This document shows positions 44,357 through 53,162 of a stretch of 64,000 nt of DNA, piece by piece. Source of the stretch: an uncultured Azospirillum sp. (GTDB lineage Bacteria > Pseudomonadota > Alphaproteobacteria > RF32 > CAG-239); NCBI GenBank assembly GCA_947301965.1, contig CAMYUM010000004.1, positions 26,149-90,148 of the forward strand. The letters run 5' to 3'. The notes beneath the pieces are model-generated. The model saw only the letters and a list, made by a program, of their open reading frames with translations. It was not told the DNA's origin and did no database searches. The stretch's first letter is position 1; every line of letters starts with the position of its first letter. The position numbers and the translations under genes are program-made.

Positions 44357-44851
44357 TTATAGGCACCGCGGACAGTCGTTTATTTTCCCAGTACATCTCT
44401 GCAGGAAAGAATGGCAACAATCAGGCACGCTCAAAGGATATTCTTTCAACTGATATTTTCCGCATTGTCTTTTGGCGAGGATTGTAACACAGTCTCTTCC
44501 CTCAAAATCCTTACAACACATCTTTGTCGGGGAATACGGATATTCTCTGAATTCACCTCTTCCGCAATAGTCTTTATAGGGCAAAATACGACAGTCGTTT
44601 TCAGTTTCGTCTGTACAGCATTTTTTAGTAGTAAAAGGCAGCGAATTAGGATATTCACTCCATTGTCCCACGCCGCAATCCTCGATTTCATTACCGGGAA
44701 AAATACAATCGTTTTTGTCAGTACTTTTACAACATTTATTTATCAGATCATAACCTTCGGGGCAAGGCTTGCAGTTTGAGCCGATGCAGGCGACGGCTTC
44801 CGTTGACACTACACAAAGAACGGCAACGCAAAACAACAATATCTTTTTCAT
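44357..44851 (-). CDS. Secreted cysteine-rich repeat protein (unknown family)
   Basis: ATG at 44851 with a GGGGGA RBS (the track ORF extends to 45025). Signal peptide, ~20 Cys, three CG-x-G/Y-x-(W/F/L)-x-EYP...CC...C repeats. Confidence 0.65.
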   Translation of the reverse strand: MKKILLFCVAVLCVVSTEAVACIGSNCKPCPEGYDLINKCCKSTDKNDCIFPGNEIEDCGVGQWSEYPNSLPFTTKKCCTDETENDCRILPYKDYCGRGEFREYPYSPTKMCCKDFEGRDCVTILAKRQCGKYQLKEYPLSVPDCCHSFLQRCTGKINDCPRCL

Positions 44852-45030
44852 TTTTCCCCCTGACAGAGTGGCAAACAACACGGAATTATAACACGAAAAA
44901 AATAAGTTAATCAATTGAAATTTGGAAACTTGTTTTAAGTTTATCGATGTAAAATAAACAAAATTGTTGCAAATTAGCAGAAAAAGGTGTATAAGACACC
45001 ATACTTTGACAATAAATAAAGGCAATACAA

Positions 45031-46698
45031 ATGGATAATCGTTTGGAAACTAAAAACTTTTTGTCAAAAAGAGGGGCGAGGCAAGGCGCTTCTACCCCTA
45101 AAACCTCCGCCCCCCTATCGATACAAAGATTACTTGAAGAACGCAACGAGCTTGCGATAAAACACGACGGTTTGCCTCATGTCGGTTCAAGACCAGATTC
45201 TCAAGAATTTTATACCGAAGTCAAAAAGGTTAAAGAAGCCTTTGATCTGTACGGTTTTTCAGAAAACTTGATGAGCAGGGATCTTCCTTCTCCTCCGCAG
45301 GAAAAAGTAAGGTTAGGTGCAGGCAGTCCTGCCGCTTTTCCGGCTTTTCCTACCGCCAAAAAGAAAATAATTGAAGCTCTTGAAAGTGATAAAATACACG
45401 AATATCCGCTAGCTGCAGGGAACGATACAGCCAGAGAAGAATTTGTAAAATATCTTGCAAGCATAGGTTTCAAAAACGATACCCCGTATGCCGACAGCCA
45501 AACGGTTGAGAGCGGCTTGTCTAAAGAAAACGTAATTTTTACTTCGGCATCGACACAAGCCTTTGACCTCATTCTTAAGGTTATCGCTCGTAAAGATGAC
45601 ATTGTTTTAATGACCGCTCCTAACTACGGTCTTTTTTCTTTTATGCCGGAGAGAATGGGTGCGAGAGTGGAACTGGTTGCCTTAAAAGAAGAGAACGATT
45701 GGTTGCTTGATCCCAAAGATTTGGCTCAAAGAATAGATTACTTAAACCACAAATATGCGCAGTTACACAAAAACAAAAAAAAACGCGCTCCGAGAGTGGT
45801 GGCCTTTTTCAACATGAACCCGCACAATCCCCTCGGTAAGGTTATGGGCAAAAGCCGCTTAAAACTTCTGACCGAAATCAGCCAGGTTTGCAAACAACGT
45901 GGTGTTTTTGTAATTGATGATCTGGTTTACAGAGACCTTACGTTTGATCGTAACGAATTGTCGGTACCGGTTTCTTCAATCAAAGGAATGTTTCAAAATA
46001 CAATATCCCTGTTTAGTCTTTCCAAAGCATATAGTCTAGCAAGTATTCGTGCCGGTGCTATTGTTGCGGACGAAACCGTCATAAGAGGAATAAGAAACTC
46101 AATTTTTCAAACTTTAGATTCGGTTTCGACCCTGCAAGTTGCTGCCATTGCCGGTGCTTTCAATACCTCGACGGAAAGACAAAAAACATATGATAAATAT
46201 TTTTCAAAATTGATACCCGAATATCAGTATAGATACCAACTGATAAAGGCTCTTGTTGAAGGACTTACCTCCGTTCAAGATAAAAATTTGCAAAAACGAA
46301 TTATACAAGATGTCGAAAAATATGCCGGAAAATCTGCTGCCCCCAAACTTCTGCAGGGGATCAAAGGTGTTTGTCTGGCGGCCAAGACAACTCCCGAAGC
46401 CGGATTTTTTGCATTACTCGATTTTTCGGCACTAAAAAACAAATACTATTACGGTTTGCAAATCAAACAGGAAAAACACCTGATGAAGTTTTTGTTTAAT
46501 GACAACAACATCAAATTTATTTCAGGAGAGTCTATTTCTTGGCCCGACAATCAACAGTTTATCGGCAGAATTACATTTGCCTTAGTGCCTGAAGATTTAG
46601 TTTTGGCCTTTTCAAAAATAAAAGAATCAGTCGAAAAACTTAAAGATTACAAACAACCATATAAACCCGTTCTCAAAGGTGAAAACAGTGGCATATAA
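45031..46698 (+). CDS. Class I/II PLP-dependent aminotransferase with ~100-aa N-terminal extension
   Basis: NMNPHNPLG and SLSKAYSLASIRAG (PLP lysine) motifs. Confidence 0.8.
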   Translation: MDNRLETKNFLSKRGARQGASTPKTSAPLSIQRLLEERNELAIKHDGLPHVGSRPDSQEFYTEVKKVKEAFDLYGFSENLMSRDLPSPPQEKVRLGAGSPAAFPAFPTAKKKIIEALESDKIHEYPLAAGNDTAREEFVKYLASIGFKNDTPYADSQTVESGLSKENVIFTSASTQAFDLILKVIARKDDIVLMTAPNYGLFSFMPERMGARVELVALKEENDWLLDPKDLAQRIDYLNHKYAQLHKNKKKRAPRVVAFFNMNPHNPLGKVMGKSRLKLLTEISQVCKQRGVFVIDDLVYRDLTFDRNELSVPVSSIKGMFQNTISLFSLSKAYSLASIRAGAIVADETVIRGIRNSIFQTLDSVSTLQVAAIAGAFNTSTERQKTYDKYFSKLIPEYQYRYQLIKALVEGLTSVQDKNLQKRIIQDVEKYAGKSAAPKLLQGIKGVCLAAKTTPEAGFFALLDFSALKNKYYYGLQIKQEKHLMKFLFNDNNIKFISGESISWPDNQQFIGRITFALVPEDLVLAFSKIKESVEKLKDYKQPYKPVLKGENSGI

Positions 46699-47641
46699 CA
46701 AAAAAATTGCTGTCATATCTTCTGATCGCTTCGCAGGAAAAATAAACGAAGACATATGGTTGCGCGATGCTCTCTTAACTCTCGGGGAACAATCCGAAAT
46801 TGTATCATGGGAAAATAAAGACATCATCTGGTCAGACTATAAAAGCGCTGTTTTAAGAAGCTGCTGGGGATACCACAATCGTATTGATGATTTCCTAAAG
46901 TTTTTAGAAAAGCTAGATATTTTGCAAATCAGCCTGTTTAACGACACGCAAATTGTCAGATGGAATATTCGGAAAAACCTGCAGTTTAATGACCTAAACC
47001 TTTTGGGAATCAAAACCGTTCCGACAATATTTCTTCAAAACGATTCGCTAAATTTCAAAAAAGCAATTGCCGATAACGGTTGGGAAAAATACGAAAGTCT
47101 AGTCATCAAACCGAGCATATCGGGCAGCGGGGACAGAACGTACCTTATTTCTCAAAACGAAAAATTCTCTGGTTTGAAAAACAGTTTATCACTTGAAGAA
47201 GCGGAACATATTTTTCAAACATTTGCTACCGAAAAACAGATTCGTGGTGTTATGATTCAACCTTTCATGTCAGGTATTTTCGAAGGTGAATATTCGTTTG
47301 TGTTTATAGATTCTGAACTGACACATATTGCAATCCGTCATCCGGGAATTTTTGGTGACAAACAAGATCCTGTAGAAATAAAAAAATCACAGATTCCCGA
47401 CGATATGATGCTCTTTGCCAATCAATGCTGTAAAGCTCTCAATCACATATCGGACACAATAAAAAAAGGCTATGTTCCTTTATATTTGCGCTGTGATATT
47501 GTCAGAAGCGGTTCTCAACTTTTTTTGATGGAAGCGGAAATGGCCGAGCCAGATTTGTTGATTAAAACAATTTCCTCGGATCAAGAAAGAGAAAGTGTCA
47601 TCAAAAAAATTGCTAACTCAGTTGTTGAGAGGAGCCGATAA
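46679..47641 (+). CDS. RimK/glutathione-synthetase-like ATP-grasp ligase
   Basis: LRSCWGYHNRIDDFLKFL...RWNIRKNLQFNDL...LVIKPSISGSGDRTYLI...FLMEAEMAEP follows the ATP-grasp pattern. The GTG start overlaps the aminotransferase gene end. Confidence 0.55.
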   Translation: MKTVAYNKKIAVISSDRFAGKINEDIWLRDALLTLGEQSEIVSWENKDIIWSDYKSAVLRSCWGYHNRIDDFLKFLEKLDILQISLFNDTQIVRWNIRKNLQFNDLNLLGIKTVPTIFLQNDSLNFKKAIADNGWEKYESLVIKPSISGSGDRTYLISQNEKFSGLKNSLSLEEAEHIFQTFATEKQIRGVMIQPFMSGIFEGEYSFVFIDSELTHIAIRHPGIFGDKQDPVEIKKSQIPDDMMLFANQCCKALNHISDTIKKGYVPLYLRCDIVRSGSQLFLMEAEMAEPDLLIKTISSDQERESVIKKIANSVVERSR

Positions 47642-47642
47642 A

Positions 47643-49412
47643 ATGCAGAAACTGATCATTACAATCGATGGACGTGTTTGCAGCGGCAAAAGCTCGCTCA
47701 TTGACGGACTGTTGAACAAACTGTCCGAACACTACGGATACTCAATCCCTCACTACTCCTGCGGAAAACATTACAGAGAAACTTTAAGAGATGCTCTTCC
47801 CAACGAGTTGGTTGATGATGCTATGGTTGACTTTGTTCATCAGGCTTATCAAAACAATGATGTTGCTGTCATTGACGGCAGAAGCTCGGGGTTTTCTCTG
47901 CAGGACTGGGAGGGTTTATCTGACGATAAACAGCTGATTTCAGTTTTGTGTGACGTCAACAAAGTAGAACAGGTTGAAAGAATAAGAGAGCGAAAACTCA
48001 ATACCACATTGAAGAGTATCGGCGAAGAATTAGACCGCGACCGCAGAGACAAAGCAAGATGCTTTGCCCGTTTTGGAAAAGATATTTTTAATTCTAAAAA
48101 CTATGACATATACATTGACACAACCGGCAAAACAACAGAAGAGAGCCTAGAATATTTGTTGAGCGAGGTCAACAAAAAGACAGGCATTACAGCTGAAAAA
48201 CAAACTTTGCTTTTTGCCGAAGAAACCGAGACCACATTGAGCAACAAAATGCTTGAGAGAAAGGATATCATACCGATTTATTTACGTTTCTCCAAGCATT
48301 GGAATTTCTCTCAGTCATATTTGGAAAAGACGAAAGACTGTCTGTCTTTTACGGTTAATACGGAGCGTCCGTTGGAAGAAGAGGTTCAAAGATTCCATCG
48401 CTGGCTTAAAGATAAAGGCGTATCGGTTCATCATTTTTGCAATGATTCCGAATTTTTGCAGGAAAAAGCCCAGGCTTTCGCGCGTGCGGCAGGGCTTCCC
48501 AGCCTGTCGGAAGAGCAAGTTCAATGGGTTCGCGATAAGGTCAAAATGAAAGAAAAATTGCGTGCCATCGGTTTAGATGTTATGGATTTCGCACCGATTA
48601 ACACGCCTCAAGACATTGCTGAATTTGCCAAAGAACACGGTTTTCCGATTATGTTTAAGCCGAGAAAAGGTTTTTCGAGCATTAACACTTACAAGTTGAG
48701 CAATTTTGACGACATCAAACAGCTTCCGGTTGAGTTAAAACCCAACAAATTTATGGTTGAAGTATTTAATCCGAACAATGAGTGGGTAATTGACGGTTTG
48801 GTTCAAAACGGCAAAGTCATAGATACCTACACCTCTCACATTCCGGTTTCGCCGTTGTGGGCTGTTGTTGAAAACCGGATAAACGCACACATTACAACTC
48901 CGCAAAAACCGAGACTTTTCCGCTTCAGCCAAAACGAATTGTTGCAAAACATAGCCTCCGGCATGGATTTGAAAAACGGTTATATTCACTTGGAAACCTT
49001 TGTTGACAAAGAAGGTCAGCCGACAATCTGCGAGTTTGGCTGGCGCATGGCGGGTTGCAAAATTCCTGAGAGTCACTCTCTGGCTTATGGATTTGATATT
49101 TACGATGTTCTTCTGGACATTCACCTTGGCAAAGAGGCTCACCTCAATTACGCCAAAAAGAAAAAATGTGTCGGTGATCTTTATTTGCCAAACAAACCCG
49201 GCGTAATTGAAGAGATAACACCGATGGAAGACCTTTTGCATCACGAGGGAGCTCTGACCGGCGGTATGTTTGTCAACGAGGGCGATACGGTCAAGCCTCG
49301 CCGCGCGGGGAACGAAGCCTCCGGCTACGTTATTGTTGAGGGTACGACTTTCCCCAAGGTCAGAAAACGTATGGATGAAATCTTGCGTGATTTCAAAATC
49401 GTTTCCCGATAA
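47643..49412 (+). CDS. Fusion protein: P-loop (cytidylate-kinase-like) NMP kinase domain plus ATP-grasp ligase domain
   Basis: AGGAG RBS. Walker A DGRVCSGKSS at the N-terminus. The C-terminal half has PIMFKPRKGFSSINTYKL and ICEFGWRMAG ATP-grasp motifs. Confidence 0.6.
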   Translation: MQKLIITIDGRVCSGKSSLIDGLLNKLSEHYGYSIPHYSCGKHYRETLRDALPNELVDDAMVDFVHQAYQNNDVAVIDGRSSGFSLQDWEGLSDDKQLISVLCDVNKVEQVERIRERKLNTTLKSIGEELDRDRRDKARCFARFGKDIFNSKNYDIYIDTTGKTTEESLEYLLSEVNKKTGITAEKQTLLFAEETETTLSNKMLERKDIIPIYLRFSKHWNFSQSYLEKTKDCLSFTVNTERPLEEEVQRFHRWLKDKGVSVHHFCNDSEFLQEKAQAFARAAGLPSLSEEQVQWVRDKVKMKEKLRAIGLDVMDFAPINTPQDIAEFAKEHGFPIMFKPRKGFSSINTYKLSNFDDIKQLPVELKPNKFMVEVFNPNNEWVIDGLVQNGKVIDTYTSHIPVSPLWAVVENRINAHITTPQKPRLFRFSQNELLQNIASGMDLKNGYIHLETFVDKEGQPTICEFGWRMAGCKIPESHSLAYGFDIYDVLLDIHLGKEAHLNYAKKKKCVGDLYLPNKPGVIEEITPMEDLLHHEGALTGGMFVNEGDTVKPRRAGNEASGYVIVEGTTFPKVRKRMDEILRDFKIVSR

Positions 49413-49498
49413 ACCGGCGTGCAGCAACAAACAATTTTCTTGATTTATAAGTCGTTCTTAGATAGAAATAGAATAATACAAAAGTTAAAGAGGTTCTC

Positions 49499-49939
49499 AT
49501 GACAGAAAGAGTAAAATTCAACGCAAGTGTCAGCTTTTTGGTTGAAAAAGACGGCAAATTCTTGTTGTTTTATCGCACCGACGGTTATTTTAAAGACGGT
49601 TGGTGGGTTTTGCCCGCCGGACATATTGAAGCCGGTGAAACAGCCACTCAAACCGTTATCCGCGAGGCAAAAGAAGAGCTGGATATAGATGTTGATACCA
49701 AAGATGTTTCTTTTGGGCATCTTGTCCATAATTTGGTTGGCGAAAATAAGCGAATGGACTTTTATTTCAAAGTAAAAGATTTTAAAGGCGAGATAAAAAA
49801 TATGGAACCGACCAAATGCGCCAAAATGGAGTTCTTTAGCAAAGATACAATGCCACCGGCAGAAAAAATTGCCCCCACCACATTGCAAGCCCTGAAAAGT
49901 ATGTGGAACAATGTTTGTTACTCAGAAAGACAGGAATAA
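49499..49939 (+). CDS. NUDIX hydrolase
   Basis: Nudix box GHIEAGETATQTVIREAKEELDI. Confidence 0.85.
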   Translation: MTERVKFNASVSFLVEKDGKFLLFYRTDGYFKDGWWVLPAGHIEAGETATQTVIREAKEELDIDVDTKDVSFGHLVHNLVGENKRMDFYFKVKDFKGEIKNMEPTKCAKMEFFSKDTMPPAEKIAPTTLQALKSMWNNVCYSERQE

Positions 49940-49965
49940 AATTTCCATAAAACAAGGAGCCAAAT

Positions 49966-50418
49966 ATGAAAAAAATATTGTTTTTAATGATGATGTGTAT
50001 ATCTCATATGGCCTTTGCCGGAGAAGATGTTACGGGCTATTGGACCACAATTGATGATGAAACCAATACGGCCAAAAGCGTTGTTCAAATCTATGAGTAC
50101 CAGGGAAAAATTTACGGTCGTGTAGTTGAGCTGTTTCAGAACAAACAAGCTGTGGCAAAGTTGCCGGATAATCCCTTAATTAATGGCTTAGACGTTATCT
50201 GGGATATGGAAAAACAAAAAGATAAATATACCAACGGAAAAATTCTCGATCCTAAAACAGGTAAAGTTTATGCGTGTGATTTGTGGCGTGAAGGTGACAA
50301 GCTGATTGTTCGTGGAAAAATAGCCTTTTTAGGCCGCAATCAAACTTGGGAACCCAACAGAACTTTTAAACCTGAAACAACCGCCAAACCGATTCCCAAG
50401 AAACCCCGTCTGAAATAA
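49966..50418 (+). CDS. DUF2147-family secreted protein
   Basis: Signal peptide; GYWTTIDDETN...IYEYQGKIYGRVV...DPKTGKVYACDLW...LIVRG pattern. Confidence 0.75.
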   Translation: MKKILFLMMMCISHMAFAGEDVTGYWTTIDDETNTAKSVVQIYEYQGKIYGRVVELFQNKQAVAKLPDNPLINGLDVIWDMEKQKDKYTNGKILDPKTGKVYACDLWREGDKLIVRGKIAFLGRNQTWEPNRTFKPETTAKPIPKKPRLK

Positions 50419-50498
50419 CACTGACTGCCAGGTTGAATTTTATATTGAGTTACAGCCAAAAATAGCGTATATTTTACCACTAGAGGGGGAATCAAAAT

Positions 50499-51494
50499 AT
50501 GTCACATAGAGATCCGATGGAATGGGAAAGAGGAGCATTTCCTTTTTTAAAAAAGATTTGGTACAAAATAAAGTCGTCCAAACCGTTTACCGAGTTTCGT
50601 CATTCCAACTTAAACCCGTATCATCGCGGTGTTATGGAAGTCAAAGCTGATAGCTTGGAAGAGGCAAGAAAAATTGCTCGTCAGGAAATTGTCGAACGCA
50701 TAAAACATCCCGAAACCCAAAAAATCAGCAAACATAAGGCTGAAAAACGCAGTAGCCAAAGCAAAGGCATCGATTTTATTTATAACGGTGTTCGTTACAA
50801 TGTTGAACAAAAATGCTCCGTACAAGAAGAGTTTGAGCGTGACGGCGTAGTGTTGCGTGGAGCAGGTGATGTTTCCGGACGCATTCCGCGAGATAAAAAC
50901 GGTAAACTTGACTTATTGGCCGAAGAACCAATTGTTATGGCCATAATCCCGATTGAAGGTCCGGCATTAATCGGACACGTGTGCATGCAATACCAAGATG
51001 TTGTCGTCAACCGTCTTATTCCTTCTATCCATACTGATCCGTTATACCCAAAATACAAAAATGAGGCACGATACTATTTTGTTTATCCGAGCCAACTGGG
51101 TATTGAACCACACAAATTAAAACGAGAAATGGAAAAGCACAACATCAAATATGCTCGTAAAAGATACGACCTCTTAACCAACAATTGCGCCAAAAATGTG
51201 GCAGATATCTTAAAAAGAGTTGGTGTAAAAGACATAGACTTCTACGGTTGGGACGATGCCGGTCTGGTCTTTACCAATCCGGGGAACAATCCGTGGGGCA
51301 AAGGCGTGAAAGGTTGGTGTCTAAGACACGGTGTACATGTCAACCTGCAAGAGATGGAAGCTTATAACGAAGGTCATAATTTTACCGATGTCAAAGAGCG
51401 TCGCAAAGAAATGGACGAAACCCATCAACGATATGAACAATACAAAAAAATCAATCGCCAAATGTTGTTGCAAAAAAGGCAAAACAGCCGTTAA
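50499..51494 (+). CDS. Hypothetical protein with possible permuted papain-fold (His...Cys) domain
   Basis: AGGGGGA RBS. Candidate His (LIGHVCMQY) lies upstream of candidate Cys (YDLLTNNCAKNVADIL), as in PPPDE/LRAT-type folds. No signal peptide. Confidence 0.35.
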   Translation: MSHRDPMEWERGAFPFLKKIWYKIKSSKPFTEFRHSNLNPYHRGVMEVKADSLEEARKIARQEIVERIKHPETQKISKHKAEKRSSQSKGIDFIYNGVRYNVEQKCSVQEEFERDGVVLRGAGDVSGRIPRDKNGKLDLLAEEPIVMAIIPIEGPALIGHVCMQYQDVVVNRLIPSIHTDPLYPKYKNEARYYFVYPSQLGIEPHKLKREMEKHNIKYARKRYDLLTNNCAKNVADILKRVGVKDIDFYGWDDAGLVFTNPGNNPWGKGVKGWCLRHGVHVNLQEMEAYNEGHNFTDVKERRKEMDETHQRYEQYKKINRQMLLQKRQNSR

Positions 51495-51519
51495 TGGTGT
51501 GTGAAATACGGAGCAAAAT

Positions 51520-51927
51520 ATGAACGAAGCGATAATCAATTATCACGAACAACGTCGTCCTTTTGTAATTATCCCCGAAATCGGAATAATTTTAAGTCGT
51601 GCCGGCAAAGCTTTTGCTCACAACGAATTATTGCAAAATTGCGGTTTTTCTGAAGAGAAAGTCCATGAAATAATTCAAAACTATCCGCGAGGTTATTTTT
51701 TGAACAATCGACTGGTTATCTATCAGGGTGAAAATGTCGCAGAAGGAGAAAGCTGGGAATTAAAACCCGAAAATTACAAATTTGTTCGTAGCTTTTATCC
51801 GGATTTATGCCGCATTTTTGAGATTAATGCTAAAACCAAAATTTTTCTCGGTGTCAAACGCGGACGCCTCGGCGAGCTATGGCCGGTGGTCAACGAAGTC
51901 AGCGTAGATTTCTTTGCCGAAAAATAA
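51520..51927 (+). CDS. Hypothetical protein (135 aa)
   Basis: Starts 25 nt after the previous gene on the same strand; no motif recognised. Confidence 0.5.
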   Translation: MNEAIINYHEQRRPFVIIPEIGIILSRAGKAFAHNELLQNCGFSEEKVHEIIQNYPRGYFLNNRLVIYQGENVAEGESWELKPENYKFVRSFYPDLCRIFEINAKTKIFLGVKRGRLGELWPVVNEVSVDFFAEK

Positions 51928-52063
51928 GTTTTACTTTTCGTTATAAATCGTTTCCTTCAGGGCGAGGTTTTTACCGCTTTCCCTGACCATTGATGTTACA
52001 CCTTGCAAAATATTTATTTATGTGTTATAGACACTTCTACCAAAAATATATTTATGTCATATT

Positions 52064-52891
52064 ATGAAAAAACTTGTAGAAGTAGCTATATGCTACGATT
52101 TCGATGGCACTCTTGCAGCTGGTAATATGCAAGAATATGGTTTCTTAAAAAGACTTAACATCTCACCTAAAGAATTTTGGGCTAAATCCGATGCTATGGC
52201 CGCCAAATATAATGCTGACAACAACTTGTGTTACATGAAGTGTATGCTTGAGGAGGCAAAGGCCAGAAAGCAGGCTTTCAAACGGGAAGATTTTGTGGAC
52301 TGCGGCAAAGATGTAACCTTTTTCGAGGGAGTTGAAGAGTGGTTCGAAAGAATTAATGCGTACGCGCTTTCCAAAGGCATTTTGCTTTCTCACTACATCA
52401 TCTCTTCCGGTTTGGAGGAGATTGTGGAAGGCACAAAAATTGCCAAGCATTTCAAAAAGCTTTATGCATCAACTTTCATCTACAACGAGTATGGTGAAGC
52501 CGAGTGGCCGGCCAGGATTGTGAATTATACGGATAAAACACAATACCTGTTCCGCATTAACAAAGGTTGCCTTGACCCTTCTGACCGAAGCGTTAACGCG
52601 GTAATGTCTCACGATGACAGGCCGGTACCGTTCAGCCATATCATTTACTTCGGAGATGGGGATACAGATGTACCTTCCATGTCCATGGTGAAAAAGTTTG
52701 GCGGTTACGCAGTTGCCGTTTATCAACCCTATCGCTCAAAATCCAAAGCGAGAGCCAAGAAACTTTTTGAAGACGGCAGAGTCAACATCTATGCTCAGGC
52801 CGATTATTCCGCCGGCAAAAAAATTGACCGCTTTGTCAAAAATGTTCTCGGCAAAATTGCGTCTGATAAGAAACTTGAAAACTTCAAATAA
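52064..52891 (+). CDS. HAD-superfamily hydrolase (paralog A)
   Basis: Motif I YDFDGTL and motif IV GDGDTDVPS. Alignable along its whole length with 55037..55897. Confidence 0.75.
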   Translation: MKKLVEVAICYDFDGTLAAGNMQEYGFLKRLNISPKEFWAKSDAMAAKYNADNNLCYMKCMLEEAKARKQAFKREDFVDCGKDVTFFEGVEEWFERINAYALSKGILLSHYIISSGLEEIVEGTKIAKHFKKLYASTFIYNEYGEAEWPARIVNYTDKTQYLFRINKGCLDPSDRSVNAVMSHDDRPVPFSHIIYFGDGDTDVPSMSMVKKFGGYAVAVYQPYRSKSKARAKKLFEDGRVNIYAQADYSAGKKIDRFVKNVLGKIASDKKLENFK

Positions 52892-52907
52892 TTATGTCTG
52901 TTTTTAC

Positions 52908-52940
52908 AAAAAACCGTTGTCCGAAAGACAACGGTTTTTT
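52908..52940. terminator. Bidirectional rho-independent terminator
   Basis: aaccgttgtc-cgaaa-gacaacggtt flanked by an A-run and a T-run. Confidence 0.8.
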
Positions 52941-52965
52941 GTGTTTAATAAATTATTTTGAACTG

Positions 52966-52995
52966 TGGCTGGAGTGAGCTTGCGGTTCTCGAACC
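52966..52995 (-). repeat. Degenerate duplicate of the tRNA-Gln 3' end (putative att remnant)
   Basis: tggctggagtg is identical to 54903-54913 (CCA, discriminator and 3' acceptor strand). It is followed by gcggttctcgaacc, against gcaggattcgaacc in the tRNA. Confidence 0.6.
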
Positions 52996-53031
52996 AAATT
53001 TGATGATTTTTTGAACCTGCTAACTTCGGGA

Positions 53032-53052
53032 TGTTAGGAACCCGAGGTTAAG
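53032..53052 (+). repeat. 21-bp motif tgttaggaaCCCGaggttaaG, copy 1
   Basis: Matches 54182-54202 at 17 of 21 positions (cores tgttaggaa and aggttaa identical); ~110 nt upstream of ORF 53163. Confidence 0.6.
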
Positions 53053-53162
53053 TACATGTAAGTTTTTGACCATTATTTGTTAATGAATCAATTATTTATG
53101 TTGAGAGATTTACATTTGAATATAACATACTAGCATATTATAACATTCAGAGACTAAATAAA

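Noticed and set aside
45775-45783. A9 homopolymer inside the aminotransferase gene, a potential frameshift or phase-variation site
   Set aside because: The reading frame is intact through it (HKNKKKRAP). Lys-rich A-runs are expected in AT-rich genomes, and there is no evidence of variation.
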